DNA of 34,119 nt from Armatimonadota bacterium (GCA_037444405.1 JBBIML010000031.1:1-34119); one strand, 5' to 3'. Positions 18,387 to 28,669 are shown, numbered from the stretch's first letter. Made by a program: numbers and translations. The notes: generated by a model not told the origin, from the letters alone.

Positions 18387-18770
18387 TTATTTCTTGGCTT
18401 TGCGGCGTCGACCGGTGCTGACGGTCTTCTTGGGACCCTTGCGGGTGCGGGCGTTGGTGCGGGTGCGTTGTCCGCGCACGGGCAGCCCGCGTCGGTGGCG
18501 CAGCCCGCGATAGCAGCCGATATCGATCAGCCGCCGAATGTTCATCTGTTGCTGGCGGCGCAGGTCGCCCTCGATGGTGTAGTTGCGCTCGATCTCGTCG
18601 CGCAGTTTGGCGACCTCCTCTTCGGTCAGCTCCCGCACACGCTTGTTCGGGTCGACGCCCGTTTTTTGCAAGATTTTGCGGGCGGTACTCAGCCCGATGC
18701 CATAGATGACTGGCAGCGCGTACTCGATTTTCCGATCGCGTGGCAGGTCCACGCCGGCGATTCGTGCCAT
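18387..18770 (-). CDS. rpsM: 30S ribosomal protein S13
   Basis: [27 protein letters not shown]. Confidence 0.97.
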   Translation of the reverse strand: MARIAGVDLPRDRKIEYALPVIYGIGLSTARKILQKTGVDPNKRVRELTEEEVAKLRDEIERNYTIEGDLRRQQQMNIRRLIDIGCYRGLRHRRGLPVRGQRTRTNARTRKGPKKTVSTGRRRKAKK

Positions 18771-18779
18771 ACTTGCCTC

Positions 18780-18893
18780 CTATCCCTGTCGCTGTTTATG
18801 TTTCGGGTTCGTGCAGATGACACGCACGACCCCGCGACGCCGAATGATTTTGCACTTGGCGCACATCCGCTTCACCGATGCTCGTACTTTCAT
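18780..18893 (-). CDS. rpmJ: 50S ribosomal protein L36 (37 aa, not in the ORF track)
   Basis: Manual translation [37 protein letters not shown]. Confidence 0.97.
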   Translation of the reverse strand: MKVRASVKRMCAKCKIIRRRGVVRVICTNPKHKQRQG

Positions 18894-18949
18894 GGGTCTC
18901 ACCTCAGCATGCGTGGGGCAGGCGTGAACGCCGCCACACGCGAGTGCCT

Positions 18950-18957
18950 ATTATACC
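18950..18957 (-). promoter_or_regulatory. Putative -10 element (GGTATAAT) for rpmJ and the alpha operon
   Basis: Exact TATAAT in a GC-rich spacer, oriented toward rpmJ; the same octamer recurs before other genes. Confidence 0.6.
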
Positions 18958-18977
18958 CCATCGACGCGATGCAAGCC

Positions 18978-19202
18978 CTATTTGTACCGATAGACGATTC
19001 GCCCGCGCGTCAGATCATAGGGCGAGAGCGCGACCTTCACGCGATCGCCCGGCAGGATGCGAATGAAATGGATGCGCATCTTGCCCGACAGGTGCGCCAA
19101 CACCTGATGCCCATTCTCCAGCTCCACCCGAAACAGGGTGTTGGGCAGGCATTCGACCACAGTGCCCTCGACCTCGATCTCCTTGCCTTCGACCTTCGCC
19201 AT
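18978..19202 (-). CDS. infA: Translation initiation factor IF-1
   Basis: [28 protein letters not shown]. Confidence 0.97.
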   Translation of the reverse strand: MAKVEGKEIEVEGTVVECLPNTLFRVELENGHQVLAHLSGKMRIHFIRILPGDRVKVALSPYDLTRGRIVYRYK

Positions 19203-19227
19203 CGCATCACCTCCTCATTAATATATT

Positions 19228-19986
19228 TTACTCCATCGTAAGAATATCGGCTCCATCGGTGGTGATGACGACGGTGTGTTCGTAGTGGGAGGCGGGCTGG
19301 TGGTCGGCGGTGCGAATTGCCCAGCCGTCATCGGCGACCTCCACATCGGGCGTGCCCATCACAATCATCGGCTCGATGGCGATGACCATCCCCGGTTGCA
19401 GGCGTATGCCGCTGCCTGGCTCGCCAGTGTTGGGCACTTCGGGCGGCTCATGCACGGCGCGTCCGACGCCATGCCCTGCCAGCCCGTGCGCAGGCTGGAA
19501 CCCAAACTGCTCCACATAGCGCTGCACCGCGGCGCCGATATCGCCAGTGGTGTTGCCCGCGCGGGCGACCTTCAGTGCCTCATAGAACGCCTCTTCAGTG
19601 ATGCGCACCAGTCGTTTGCGCTGATAGTCCACGCGCCCGACGGCGACGGTGAGCGCGGCGTCAGCGCAGTAGCCCTCATAGAACACGCCCATATCGAGGC
19701 TCACCAGATCGCCCTCACGCAGAACGCGCTGGTCAGGGATGCCATGCACAATAACCTCATTAAAGGAGACGCAGAGCGCGGCGGGGTAGAGGCGATAGCC
19801 TTTGAAGGCGGGGAAGCCCCCCATCTCCAGCACGAGCCGCTCGGCGAGCGCGTTCAGCTCCGCGCCTGTCGTGCGGTTCGGCTCGATGGCTTCCGCGCAG
19901 GCTTTCAGCACCCGCGCGAGGATGCGACCCGCCTTGCGAATGCGGGCAATCTCATCAGCGGATTTAATCAGATGCAGATTTCTCAT
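19228..19986 (-). CDS. map: Methionine aminopeptidase type I
   Basis: VHGIP, GHGVG..VHEPP, IEPMI, HYEHT; ATG 19986 lies in the last 4 nt of adk. Confidence 0.95.
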   Translation of the reverse strand: MRNLHLIKSADEIARIRKAGRILARVLKACAEAIEPNRTTGAELNALAERLVLEMGGFPAFKGYRLYPAALCVSFNEVIVHGIPDQRVLREGDLVSLDMGVFYEGYCADAALTVAVGRVDYQRKRLVRITEEAFYEALKVARAGNTTGDIGAAVQRYVEQFGFQPAHGLAGHGVGRAVHEPPEVPNTGEPGSGIRLQPGMVIAIEPMIVMGTPDVEVADDGWAIRTADHQPASHYEHTVVITTDGADILTME

Positions 19987-20630
19987 GGGGCTATCACTTC
20001 TTGCAGCGCATGCAAGACCTGCTGGTACACGGCGTCGGGGTCGCCGCTGGCGTCCACCGAACGCAGCAAGCCGCGCTCGCGATAGTAAGCAATCAGCGGC
20101 TCGGTCTGCTGGCGATAGACCTGCAGGCGGCGGCGGATGGTGTCGGGCTGGTCGTCCTCGCGCGTGATCAGCGTCGTCTCGCACCGCTCGCAGCGGTCGC
20201 CCGCACGGCTCGGATGGCTCACGATGTGATAGATGGCGCCGCAGTTCGGGCAGACGCGCCGACCGCTCAACCGCTCCACAATGCGCTCGTCATCCAGCTC
20301 GAACGCCAGCACGGCGTCAAGCGGGCGGTTCTGACCCTGCAGGAACTCGTCCAGCACCTGCGCCTGCGCCAGATTGCGCGGGTAGCCGTCCAGCACGAAA
20401 TCGTCCAGCGTGCGCAACCGCTCAAACACAATCTGGTTGACCAGTTCGTCGGGCACGAGTTCGCCGCGCGACACATAGGCGTGCGCCTGCTCGCCCAGCG
20501 GCGTGCGCCGGGCAATCGCCTCGCGCAACAGGTCGCCTGTGGCAATCACCTGCCAGCCATAGTGCTGCTGCAGCCGTTTCGCCTGCGTGCCCTTGCCGAT
20601 GCCCGGTGGTCCCAGCAGAACGAGCCTCAT
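19983..20630 (-). CDS. adk: Adenylate kinase (zinc lid)
   Basis: GPPGIGKGTQA, LDGYPRN, CPNC..CERC. Confidence 0.97.
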   Translation of the reverse strand: MRLVLLGPPGIGKGTQAKRLQQHYGWQVIATGDLLREAIARRTPLGEQAHAYVSRGELVPDELVNQIVFERLRTLDDFVLDGYPRNLAQAQVLDEFLQGQNRPLDAVLAFELDDERIVERLSGRRVCPNCGAIYHIVSHPSRAGDRCERCETTLITREDDQPDTIRRRLQVYRQQTEPLIAYYRERGLLRSVDASGDPDAVYQQVLHALQEVIAP

Positions 20631-21931
20631 TTCAGGAAGTCTTCGTACTGGCGCATCGCCAGCTGCGCCTGCAACTGGCGAGCGAAGTCGATGGCGACGC
20701 CGACCAGGATCAGCACCGAAGTGCCGCCCACAATCGTCAGCGTCTGGATGCGGGTCAGGTCAGGAACCCAGTATTGCAGCAGGGCGACGATGGCGAGGAA
20801 CAGCGCGCCTGCCACCGTGATGCGCGTCAGCACATCGTTGAGGTAGTCGGCGGTCGGCTTGCCCGGGCGCACGCCCTGAATGAACGCCCCCTGCCGCTTC
20901 AGGTTCTCGGCAATCTCGTCGGTGTTGAACACAACCGCCACATAGAAGTAGGTGAAGACGAAGATCAGGAACGCATAGATAAGCGACCCCCACATGCCCC
21001 CGCCGGGCGTCAGGATGGTGAGGATGTCGTTGACCCAGATTGCCCATGTGGGCGGGTTCGCGCGGTCATAGGGCAGCATCTGCAGGATGGTCGCGGGCAG
21101 CAGTTGCAGCGAGACGGCGAAGATGATGGGGATCACGCCCGCCGCGTTCACAGGGATGGGCAGGTAGGAGGTGCCGCCAACCGTCTGCCGCCGCCCAATG
21201 ATGCGCCGCATATGCTGGATCGGAATGCGCCGCTGCGACATCGTCACATAGATAACGCCCCACACCGTGCCCACGAAAATCGCCAGCAGCAGCGCCACCT
21301 GAAACATCGTCACGGTGCCGTTCACTACCAGATCATAGGTGCGCGACACCTGATAGGGCATGCTGGCGACGATGCTGGCGAAGATCATTAGCGAGATGCC
21401 GTTGCCCAGCCCCTTCTCGTTGATCTGCTCGCCGAGCCATAGCAGGAACATCGCGCCCGCCACCCACGCGATGATGACCTGCACCATCTGCACGCCCGAA
21501 ACATCCAGCACGCCTGCCGAGCGGAAGGTGGACAGGAAGCCGATTGCCTGAATGAACGCAATCAGGATGGTGAGCAGGCGGGTGCGCTGCTGCATCTTGC
21601 GGCGTCCCGCCTCCTCGCGCATCTCCTCGCGCATGCGCGGGTCCGCGTAGGAGAAAATCTGCATGATGATCGAGGCGGTGATGTAGGGGTTCAGTCCCAG
21701 CGCGAGGATGGTCAGGCGGCGCAGCGCGCCCCCCGTGAAGATGTTCAGGAACTCCAGCAGCTGCTGATCCTGAAAGATTCGCGCCAGATGCTCCCTGTCG
21801 ACGCCGGGCACGGGGATATGCAGCCCGACGGCATACACGGTGAACATCGCGAACACGAACAGGATGCGTGCCCGCAGGTCGGGCAGTTTCCACGCGCTCT
21901 GCAGCGCCGAAACGAAGTTGGTGCTGAGCAT
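20627..21931 (-). CDS. secY: Preprotein translocase subunit SecY
   Basis: LGLNPYITASII, GNGISL, GVIPIIFA, GVRPG, GGTSVLI. Confidence 0.97.
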   Translation of the reverse strand: MLSTNFVSALQSAWKLPDLRARILFVFAMFTVYAVGLHIPVPGVDREHLARIFQDQQLLEFLNIFTGGALRRLTILALGLNPYITASIIMQIFSYADPRMREEMREEAGRRKMQQRTRLLTILIAFIQAIGFLSTFRSAGVLDVSGVQMVQVIIAWVAGAMFLLWLGEQINEKGLGNGISLMIFASIVASMPYQVSRTYDLVVNGTVTMFQVALLLAIFVGTVWGVIYVTMSQRRIPIQHMRRIIGRRQTVGGTSYLPIPVNAAGVIPIIFAVSLQLLPATILQMLPYDRANPPTWAIWVNDILTILTPGGGMWGSLIYAFLIFVFTYFYVAVVFNTDEIAENLKRQGAFIQGVRPGKPTADYLNDVLTRITVAGALFLAIVALLQYWVPDLTRIQTLTIVGGTSVLILVGVAIDFARQLQAQLAMRQYEDFLK

Positions 21932-21934
21932 GTT

Positions 21935-22384
21935 CTATTCCTCCAGCAGGATGACCTGCCCGCCCGCCGCTTCGATTTTGGCGCGGGCGGACTGGCTGAT
22001 GGCGTGTGCCCGCACCGTGATGGGGAAGTTAATCTCGCCCTCGCCCAGCACTTTCAGCCCGTCTTTGAGCTTGCGGATGATTCGCTTCTCTAAGAGCAGT
22101 TCGGGCGTGATTTCGGCGTTCGGCTCGAATCGTGCTGCCAGCGTGCCCACATTCACAATCGCGTACTCGGTGCGATTGATGTTTTTGAAGCCGACTCGCA
22201 CAGGCAGTCGGCGATGGATGGGCGTTTGACCGCCTTCGAAGCGGGGCGGGATGGTGTCGCGCGCCTTTTGCCCTTTGGTGCCGCGCCCGGCGGTCTTGCC
22301 GTGCCCGGAGCCGATGCCGCGCCCCACACGCTTGCGACGCTTCTTGCTACCTGGTGCAGGTTTCAAATCGTGCAACTGTATCAT
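21935..22384 (-). CDS. rplO: 50S ribosomal protein L15
   Basis: [20 protein letters not shown]. Confidence 0.97.
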   Translation of the reverse strand: MIQLHDLKPAPGSKKRRKRVGRGIGSGHGKTAGRGTKGQKARDTIPPRFEGGQTPIHRRLPVRVGFKNINRTEYAIVNVGTLAARFEPNAEITPELLLEKRIIRKLKDGLKVLGEGEINFPITVRAHAISQSARAKIEAAGGQVILLEE

Positions 22385-22650
22385 GGCGAAACCTCCTCTG
22401 CCGCCGATTCAGCGGCTTGACTTTCGCTGGTTTTGCGCGTGCGACCGCGTTTGGGCTTCGGCTGGGGTTCCTCGATCACCTCGACCGTCAGCAGGTGCGG
22501 GATGCGGGCGATCATGCCGCGAATGGAAGGGTTATCGGGCTGGTAGACGGTCTGATGGAGCCGTCGAAGCCCCAGCGCGCGCACGGTGCGCTTCTGGGTC
22601 TCGTTGCGTCCGATGGGGCTACGAATCAGCGTGATTTTGAGCCTGCTCAT
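22381..22650 (-). CDS. rpmD: 50S ribosomal protein L30 with C-terminal extension
   Basis: [21 protein letters not shown] 22650 lies in the last 4 nt of rpsE. Confidence 0.95.
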   Translation of the reverse strand: MSRLKITLIRSPIGRNETQKRTVRALGLRRLHQTVYQPDNPSIRGMIARIPHLLTVEVIEEPQPKPKRGRTRKTSESQAAESAAEEVSP

Positions 22651-23201
22651 TCGGCAGCTACCTCCTTGAACTTGCGCACATACCATGGCGTGAGCGTGCG
22701 CAGGTGCATGTTGCGGGACTGAGCGACCTGCTCGGGCGTGCGCAGCTGCTGGAACGCCCTGATGGTGGCATAAGCGGCATTAATCGGGTTGCGCGAGCCG
22801 ACCAGCTTCGCCAGCACATCGGTGACGCCCGCGGCTTCGAGCAGGGCGCGCACGGTGCTGCCCGCCACGATACCCGTGCCCGGCGAAGCGGGTTTCAGCA
22901 CAAGGCGAGTGGCACCGAACTCCACCGTCACCTCGTGCGGGATGGTGGTGCCGATTCGGGGCACATACACCAGGCTTTTGCGGGCAGCCTCGATGGCTTT
23001 GCGGATGGCGTCGGGCACCTGTCGCGCCTTGCCAAGCCCCACGCCCACATGCCCGTCCGTGTCGCCCACCACCACCATCACCTGAAAGCTGAGCGTGCGC
23101 CCGCCCTTGTGCGTCTTGGAGACGCGGTTCGTGTAGACCACACGCTCCACATGCAGGTTCAGCAAATCGGGATTGATCCGCTCTTTACTTTTCTGTCTCA
23201 T
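22647..23201 (-). CDS. rpsE: 30S ribosomal protein S5
   Basis: NRVSKTHKGGR, GTTIPHEV, PASPGTGIVAG. Confidence 0.97.
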   Translation of the reverse strand: MRQKSKERINPDLLNLHVERVVYTNRVSKTHKGGRTLSFQVMVVVGDTDGHVGVGLGKARQVPDAIRKAIEAARKSLVYVPRIGTTIPHEVTVEFGATRLVLKPASPGTGIVAGSTVRALLEAAGVTDVLAKLVGSRNPINAAYATIRAFQQLRTPEQVAQSRNMHLRTLTPWYVRKFKEVAAE

Positions 23202-23215
23202 AAAGTTGCCTCCGT

Positions 23216-23578
23216 TCAGAATTTGAGCCCGGCTTCGCGGGCGGCGTCGGCTAAGGCGGCGACCCGTCCATGATAGCGGAAACCGCCCCTGTCGAACACC
23301 ACCTGGGTAATGCCTTTTTCGAGCGCTCGCTGGGCAATCAGCCGTCCGACCGCTGCCGCCGCCTCCTTGTTGCCCGTGCTGGTCAACTGCTCGCGCAGGG
23401 CGGGGTCTAATGTAGAGGCGGCAACCAGTGTGTGTCCGCGCGTATCGTCAATAATTTGTGCGTACATATGTTTCAGGCTCTTGTAGACGCACAGGCGCGG
23501 TCGGTCGGGCGTGCCGAAGATGACCCGCCGGATACGCCGATGTCGAATGATGCGTTTTTCCCGTGGAGTGCGCTTCAT
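23216..23578 (-). CDS. rplR: 50S ribosomal protein L18
   Basis: [22 protein letters not shown]. Confidence 0.97.
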   Translation of the reverse strand: MKRTPREKRIIRHRRIRRVIFGTPDRPRLCVYKSLKHMYAQIIDDTRGHTLVAASTLDPALREQLTSTGNKEAAAAVGRLIAQRALEKGITQVVFDRGGFRYHGRVAALADAAREAGLKF

Positions 23579-23593
23579 CGTGCATTCGCCTCC

Positions 23594-24163
23594 TTACTTC
23601 TTGCCGCCTTTGCCCGCCTGCTGTTTGCCAGGCTTGAGACGCGGCTGTTCGTCGAGATAGCGCAATCCCTTGCCCTTGTAGGAGTCGGGCGGGCGCACGG
23701 CGCGGATGTCGGCTGCCTGCTGACCCACGACCTGCTTATCGATACCGCGCACCCGAATCAACAGATTGCGCGTCTGCGGATCCTGTTCGACGGCGAAACT
23801 GATGCCCGGATAGGGCTGAATACGCACAGGGTGCGAATAGCCGACCTGCAGCACAAGCGTATTGCCCTCCAGCTGGGCGCGGTAGCCGACACCCACCAGC
23901 ACCAGCGTCTTCTCGAAGCCTTCGGAGACGCCTTTGACCATGTTGGCAATCAGCGTGCGCTGCAGCCCGTGCTGGGAGCGGGCGAATCGGTCGTCGCTCA
24001 CCCGTTCGACGCGCAGCTGCCCATCGTCCTGCACCACGCGCACCACATTGGGCAACTGGTGGCTCAGCTCACCTTTGGGACCTTTGACGGTGATTTGGTT
24101 GCCCTCGATTCGCACCTGCACGCCCTGTGGGATCGGGATCGGTTGCTTGCCCACTCTCGACAT
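23594..24163 (-). CDS. rplF: 50S ribosomal protein L6
   Basis: MSRVGKQPI, GVGYRA, YKGKG. Confidence 0.97.
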   Translation of the reverse strand: MSRVGKQPIPIPQGVQVRIEGNQITVKGPKGELSHQLPNVVRVVQDDGQLRVERVSDDRFARSQHGLQRTLIANMVKGVSEGFEKTLVLVGVGYRAQLEGNTLVLQVGYSHPVRIQPYPGISFAVEQDPQTRNLLIRVRGIDKQVVGQQAADIRAVRPPDSYKGKGLRYLDEQPRLKPGKQQAGKGGKK

Positions 24164-24175
24164 AGTTCCGCCTCC

Positions 24176-24571
24176 TTACCAGACGATACAGATGACCTCG
24201 CCGCCGATGCGCCGTTTGCGGCATTCGCGGTCAGGCAGCAAGCCGCTGGAGGTGGACACAATCGCGGTGCCCAGCCCGCGCTGGATGGGGCGCAGGTCGT
24301 CCACGGAGGCGTACACCCGCCGTCCGGGCTTGCTCACCCGCTCGATGTGATGGATGACTGGCTCACCCTCTGGCGTATATTTGAGCGTGATGGTGAGCGT
24401 GGCGTGGACGCCTGTGCGCTGCACCCTGTAGTCCTGAATGAAGCCCTCCTGCTTGAGCAGGGCAGCGATTTGCTCCTTCAGTTTCGAGCTGGGCAGGCTC
24501 ACTTCAGGCTTGCCCGCCCGCGATGCGTTCCGTATTCGGGTCAGCATATCGGCAATCGGGTCGGTCATCAT
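24176..24571 (-). CDS. rpsH: 30S ribosomal protein S8
   Basis: DPIADMLTRIRN, VSKPGRRVY, IGGEV. Confidence 0.97.
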   Translation of the reverse strand: MMTDPIADMLTRIRNASRAGKPEVSLPSSKLKEQIAALLKQEGFIQDYRVQRTGVHATLTITLKYTPEGEPVIHHIERVSKPGRRVYASVDDLRPIQRGLGTAIVSTSSGLLPDRECRKRRIGGEVICIVW

Positions 24572-24588
24572 CGTCGGTTTCTACCTCC

Positions 24589-24774
24589 TTACCAGCTGGC
24601 TTTGCGCACGCCGGGCAGCACGCCCCGGTGCGCCTGCTCGCGCAGGCAGATACGGCACAGCCCGAAGTAGCGGAAGTAGCCGTGCCGTCGCCCGCAAATG
24701 TTGCAACGGTTCACCTTGCGCACCTTGAACTTCGGCTTCCGTTTCGCCTTGACTATCCATGCTGTTTTTGGCAT
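24589..24774 (-). CDS. rpsZ: 30S ribosomal protein S14, zinc-binding type Z
   Basis: 61 aa; [23 protein letters not shown]. Confidence 0.95.
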   Translation of the reverse strand: MPKTAWIVKAKRKPKFKVRKVNRCNICGRRHGYFRYFGLCRICLREQAHRGVLPGVRKASW

Positions 24775-24800
24775 GCGTTGTTCACCTCGTACAGGGGTGT

Positions 24801-24808
24801 ATTATACC
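24801..24808 (-). promoter_or_regulatory. Putative internal -10 element (GGTATAAT) ahead of the S14 gene
   Basis: Lies 7 nt past the EF-G paralogue stop and upstream of the GAGGTG RBS. Confidence 0.6.
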
Positions 24809-24815
24809 TGAGCGG

Positions 24816-26909
24816 TCAGTGTTCGGCAGCGGCGGCTTTCTCTTTCTGGTACTTTTCGATGAGCGTCTGCGCGATATTGAACGGCACCTCCTCATAGTGG
24901 GAGAATCGGGTTCGGAACCGTCCGCGCCCGCGCGTGATGGAGCGCAGTTCGAGCGCGTAGCGGGTCATCTCGCTCATCGGCACGAGCGCGCGGATGAGCT
25001 GGCGTCCGGTGCCGAGGCTCTCGATGCCTTGGATGCGCCCGCGCCGCCCGTTCAAATCGCCCATTACATCGCCCGTGTAGGCGTCGGGCACATCCACCTC
25101 CACCTCCAGTATCGGCTCCAGAATGATGGGGTTCGCCTGCGCCGCCGCGCTCTGGAACGCGAGGCTGCCCGCGATGCGGAACGCCTGATCGGACGAGTCG
25201 ACCTCGTGATAGGAGCCGTCGACGACCACCACGCGGAAATCGGTGACGGGGTAGCCCGCAATCACGCCCTTCTCGGCGGCTTCGCGCACGCCCTTCTCAA
25301 TCGCGGGGATATAGTTTTTGGGGATTGCGCCGCCGACGATGGTCTCGGTGAACTCGATGCCGGCGCCGCGCGGCAGTGGCTCCATGTTGATGAAGCAGTG
25401 CCCGTACTGCCCGCGCCCGCCGGTTTGACGCTTGAACTTGCCCTCGACGCGCTGCACCGGGCGGCTGATGGTCTCCCGATAGGGAATTTTCAGCTCTTCG
25501 GTGTTGACTTCCGCGCCGAACTTGCGCTTGAGCTTTTCGATAACGCTCTCGATATGCAGGTCGCCCATGCCCATCAGCAGGGTTTGCCCCGTTTCGGGGT
25601 CGCGCCGTGCGCGCAGGGTGGGGTCTTCCTCCTGCAAGCGTGCCAGCGCGGGTCCCATGCGGTCTTCATCCGCTTTCGTTTTGGGCACAATCGCGACGGT
25701 GTAGATGGGATCGGGGAACTCTATCGGCGACAGGATGAGTGGGTGGCTGCGGTCGCACAGCGTGTGCCCTGTGGCGGTCTCCTGCAGTTTGGCGACCACG
25801 CCCATATCGCCCGCCCGAATCTCGGAGGTGGCTTCCTGATTTTTACCCCGCACATAGAAGAGCTGCCCGATGCGTTCGTCGCGCTCCCGATTGGCGTTAT
25901 ATACCTGCGAGTCGGCGCGAATGACCCCGGCATAGACGCGGAAGTAGGTCAGTTTGCCCACATAGGGGTCGGCGGTCGTTTTGAACACGAAGGCGCATAG
26001 GGGCGCGCTTGCATCACATGCGACCGGGACGGACTGCTCGGTGCGCGGGTCGGTCGCGGTGGGCGCGGGCGCCTCCACAGGGCTGGGTGCCAGCTCGATG
26101 AGCGCCTGCAAGAGCGGGGTTAGCCCGATGCCTGCCTGCGCCGAGCCGTACAGCACGGGCACAATCGTGCCCGCCCGCACGCCCGCATGGAAACCATGCA
26201 CCAGCTCCTCATCGGTGAGCGGCTCGCCCTCCAGATATTTCTCCAGCAGGGCGTCGTCGGTCTCAGCCGCCGCCTCCATCAGCATCTCGCGCGCCTGCTG
26301 GACCTCCGCCTGCAAATCCGTGGGCACATCGCTGGCGGTGGTATCCCGATCCACGCCCAGATAGGCTTTGTTGTGCAGCACATCGACCACGCCGCGAAAG
26401 CCCGTTTGCGTGCCGATGGGCACCTGTACGGGCACGATGCGGTTGCCGTAGGTTGCCCGCAGGTTCTGAATCAGGCTGCTGTGGTCGGCGTTATCGCGCT
26501 CCATCTTGTTCACGAAGATCATGCGCGGCAGCCGGTACTTTTCGCACAGCTCCCAGGCGTTTTCGAAGCCGACCTCAACCTCCGCCTGAGCGGGCATGAC
26601 CAGCAGCACCGCGTCGACCACGCGCAGGGCGGAGTAGAGTTCGCCAATAAAATCGGGAAAGCCCGGCACATCGAGCAGGTTGATTTTGTAGTCGTTCCAC
26701 TCAACAGGGAGCAGGGAGGTGCTGAGACTGATTTTGCGCCGAATCTCTTCAGGATCGAAGTCGGAGGTGGTGTTGCCGCTTTCGATGGAGCCGATGCGGT
26801 CGATGTGCCCGGCGATATAGAGCAGATGTTCGGCAAGCGTGGTCTTGCCACTCCCACCGTGTCCCGCCAGTGCCACATTCCGAATATGCTCTGCTGGATA
26901 CGGTTTCAT
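24816..26909 (-). CDS. Elongation factor G paralogue (EF-G II / EF-G-2 type)
   Basis: Full-length 697 aa; GHGGSGKTT, RKISL, DVPGFPDF, NKMER, KRQTGGRGQYG, DGSYHEVDSS; G-motifs diverge from canonical FusA. Confidence 0.9.
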   Translation of the reverse strand: MKPYPAEHIRNVALAGHGGSGKTTLAEHLLYIAGHIDRIGSIESGNTTSDFDPEEIRRKISLSTSLLPVEWNDYKINLLDVPGFPDFIGELYSALRVVDAVLLVMPAQAEVEVGFENAWELCEKYRLPRMIFVNKMERDNADHSSLIQNLRATYGNRIVPVQVPIGTQTGFRGVVDVLHNKAYLGVDRDTTASDVPTDLQAEVQQAREMLMEAAAETDDALLEKYLEGEPLTDEELVHGFHAGVRAGTIVPVLYGSAQAGIGLTPLLQALIELAPSPVEAPAPTATDPRTEQSVPVACDASAPLCAFVFKTTADPYVGKLTYFRVYAGVIRADSQVYNANRERDERIGQLFYVRGKNQEATSEIRAGDMGVVAKLQETATGHTLCDRSHPLILSPIEFPDPIYTVAIVPKTKADEDRMGPALARLQEEDPTLRARRDPETGQTLLMGMGDLHIESVIEKLKRKFGAEVNTEELKIPYRETISRPVQRVEGKFKRQTGGRGQYGHCFINMEPLPRGAGIEFTETIVGGAIPKNYIPAIEKGVREAAEKGVIAGYPVTDFRVVVVDGSYHEVDSSDQAFRIAGSLAFQSAAAQANPIILEPILEVEVDVPDAYTGDVMGDLNGRRGRIQGIESLGTGRQLIRALVPMSEMTRYALELRSITRGRGRFRTRFSHYEEVPFNIAQTLIEKYQKEKAAAAEH

Positions 26910-26933
26910 CGGTGCATCCTCCTGCTAAATTTA

Positions 26934-27587
26934 TTAACTGGAGCGGAACGGCAGTCCCAGCGCCTTCAGCAGGGCGAGCGCCTCCTCGTCCGTTTCGGCG
27001 GTGGTGCAGATAGTGATGTCCATGCCGCGAATGCGATCCACCTGGTCATAGACGATTTCGGGGAAGAGAATCTGCTCGCGCAGTCCCAGCGAGTAGTTGC
27101 CGTGCCCGTCGAACGAGTGGGGTGAAAGCCCGTGGAAGTCGCGAATGCGCGGCAGCACGATATTGATGAGTTTCTCCAGGAACACATACATGCGGTTGCC
27201 GCGCAGGGTGACCTTACAGCCGATGCGGTGCCCTTTGCGGATGCGGAAGTTAGAGATGGCGCGTTTGGCGACGGTGGCAACAGGCTTCTGCCCGCTGATG
27301 AGTGCGAGGTCGCGCATGGCGTTCTCCAGCTGCTTGGGTTCCTGCTCGCCCTTGCCGACGCCCATATTGATTACAATCTTTTCGAGGCGCGGAATCTGCA
27401 TCGGATTTTTGTAGCCGAACTGGCGCTGCAGTTCAGGTTTCACCACCTCTTCATAGTGGCGGCGCAGGTTAGGCACGAACTGGAGCGCGACTTCAGCGGT
27501 TTCGAACAGTTCGCCCTTCTCCTGTTTGGCAGCCTTCTTCTCCTGCGGTTTCGGACTGGCAGCGGGTTTGGTCTGTTGTTTTGCCAT
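26934..27587 (-). CDS. rplE: 50S ribosomal protein L5 with N-terminal extension
   Basis: [29 protein letters not shown]. Confidence 0.97.
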   Translation of the reverse strand: MAKQQTKPAASPKPQEKKAAKQEKGELFETAEVALQFVPNLRRHYEEVVKPELQRQFGYKNPMQIPRLEKIVINMGVGKGEQEPKQLENAMRDLALISGQKPVATVAKRAISNFRIRKGHRIGCKVTLRGNRMYVFLEKLINIVLPRIRDFHGLSPHSFDGHGNYSLGLREQILFPEIVYDQVDRIRGMDITICTTAETDEEALALLKALGLPFRSS

Positions 27588-27602
27588 ACGAATCGCCTCC
27601 GT

Positions 27603-27953
27603 TTACTTTGTGGCGTCGATCATTTCGTGGCAGCGTTTGCACACGCGGAACCAGCGGTTATTTTCGCCGCGGACGCGCCGCACGCGGGTGGGCTGGTCAC
27701 AGTGAGGGCAGACCAGCATCACCTTGCTGGCGAAGATGGGTGCGGGCTTCTGGATGCGCGAGCCTTTCTGCGTGGCAGTGCGCGGTTTCTGGTGTTTGGT
27801 CACCAGATTGATGCCGTCGACAATAATGCGGTTCTCGCGGGGCATCACGCGGATGACGCGCCCGCGCCGCCCCTTATCTTTGCCCGACAGCACATACACG
27901 GTATCGCCTGTCTTGATTTTCATTCGGATAGGTTTGGCTAACTTGCGTACCAT
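27603..27953 (-). CDS. rplX: 50S ribosomal protein L24
   Basis: KOW motif [21 protein letters not shown]. Confidence 0.95.
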   Translation of the reverse strand: MVRKLAKPIRMKIKTGDTVYVLSGKDKGRRGRVIRVMPRENRIIVDGINLVTKHQKPRTATQKGSRIQKPAPIFASKVMLVCPHCDQPTRVRRVRGENNRWFRVCKRCHEMIDATK

Positions 27954-27965
27954 ACGGATCGCCTC

Positions 27966-28334
27966 CTATAGCACTTCAGGCGCGAGCGAGACGATGCGCA
28001 TGAAGTTGCGGTCGCGCAGTTCGCGGGCGACGGGTCCAAAGATTCGGGTGCCGCGCGGCTCGCCCTGATTGTTGATAATCACGCAGGCGTTATCGTCGAA
28101 GCGCAGGGTGGTGCCGTCGGGTCGGCGGATGGCGCGGCGGGTGCGCACGACCACCGCCCGCACCACATCGCCCTTCTTAATGGGCATGTTGGGCGCGGCG
28201 TCTTTGACCGAGGCGACAATCACATCGCCGACCCGCGCGTAGCGCGCGTTGGAGCCTTTCAGCACGCGGATGCACATCACCTCGCGTGCGCCCGAGTTGT
28301 CCGCCACCTTCAGCCGTGTAAACTGTTGAATCAT
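27966..28334 (-). CDS. rplN: 50S ribosomal protein L14
   Basis: [24 protein letters not shown]. Confidence 0.97.
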   Translation of the reverse strand: MIQQFTRLKVADNSGAREVMCIRVLKGSNARYARVGDVIVASVKDAAPNMPIKKGDVVRAVVVRTRRAIRRPDGTTLRFDDNACVIINNQGEPRGTRIFGPVARELRDRNFMRIVSLAPEVL

Positions 28335-28354
28335 CGCGTTTCACCTCCTGCCGC

Positions 28355-28669
28355 TCATTCGGGTCGTTCCAGAATCGCCCGCACGCGCCAGCGTTTGTGG
28401 CGGCTGAGCGGGCGCGTCTCCACAATCTCCACCAGGTCGCCCACACGACACTCGTTGCGCTCGTCGTGCGCCATATACTTTTTGGTGCGCCGAATCGTCT
28501 TGCCGTAGAGCGGGTGGCGGAAGCTGCGCACGACGGCGACCACCACCGTTTTGTCCATCTTGTCGCTGACGACTCGCCCGACGCGCACCTTGCGCTTGCC
28601 CCGATAGGGTCGGGCGGGCGCTGCCGCGCTCTGCTCCGATGCCGTTGCTGTCTGAATCGTTTCGTCCAT
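28355..28669 (-). CDS. rpsQ: 30S ribosomal protein S17
   Basis: [23 protein letters not shown]. Confidence 0.97.
   Translation of the reverse strand: MDETIQTATASEQSAAAPARPYRGKRKVRVGRVVSDKMDKTVVVAVVRSFRHPLYGKTIRRTKKYMAHDERNECRVGDLVEIVETRPLSRHKRWRVRAILERPE

Noticed and set aside
14736..20184. Long N-terminal extensions of RplM, RpoA and Map in the ORF track
   Set aside because: Artefacts of upstream starts inside neighbouring genes; downstream ATGs with an SD or stop overlap fit better.
27603..27953. Zinc-ribbon Cys motifs in L24, S4, S14, L36 and Adk
   Set aside because: Known C+ variants, common in thermophiles and Terrabacteria.
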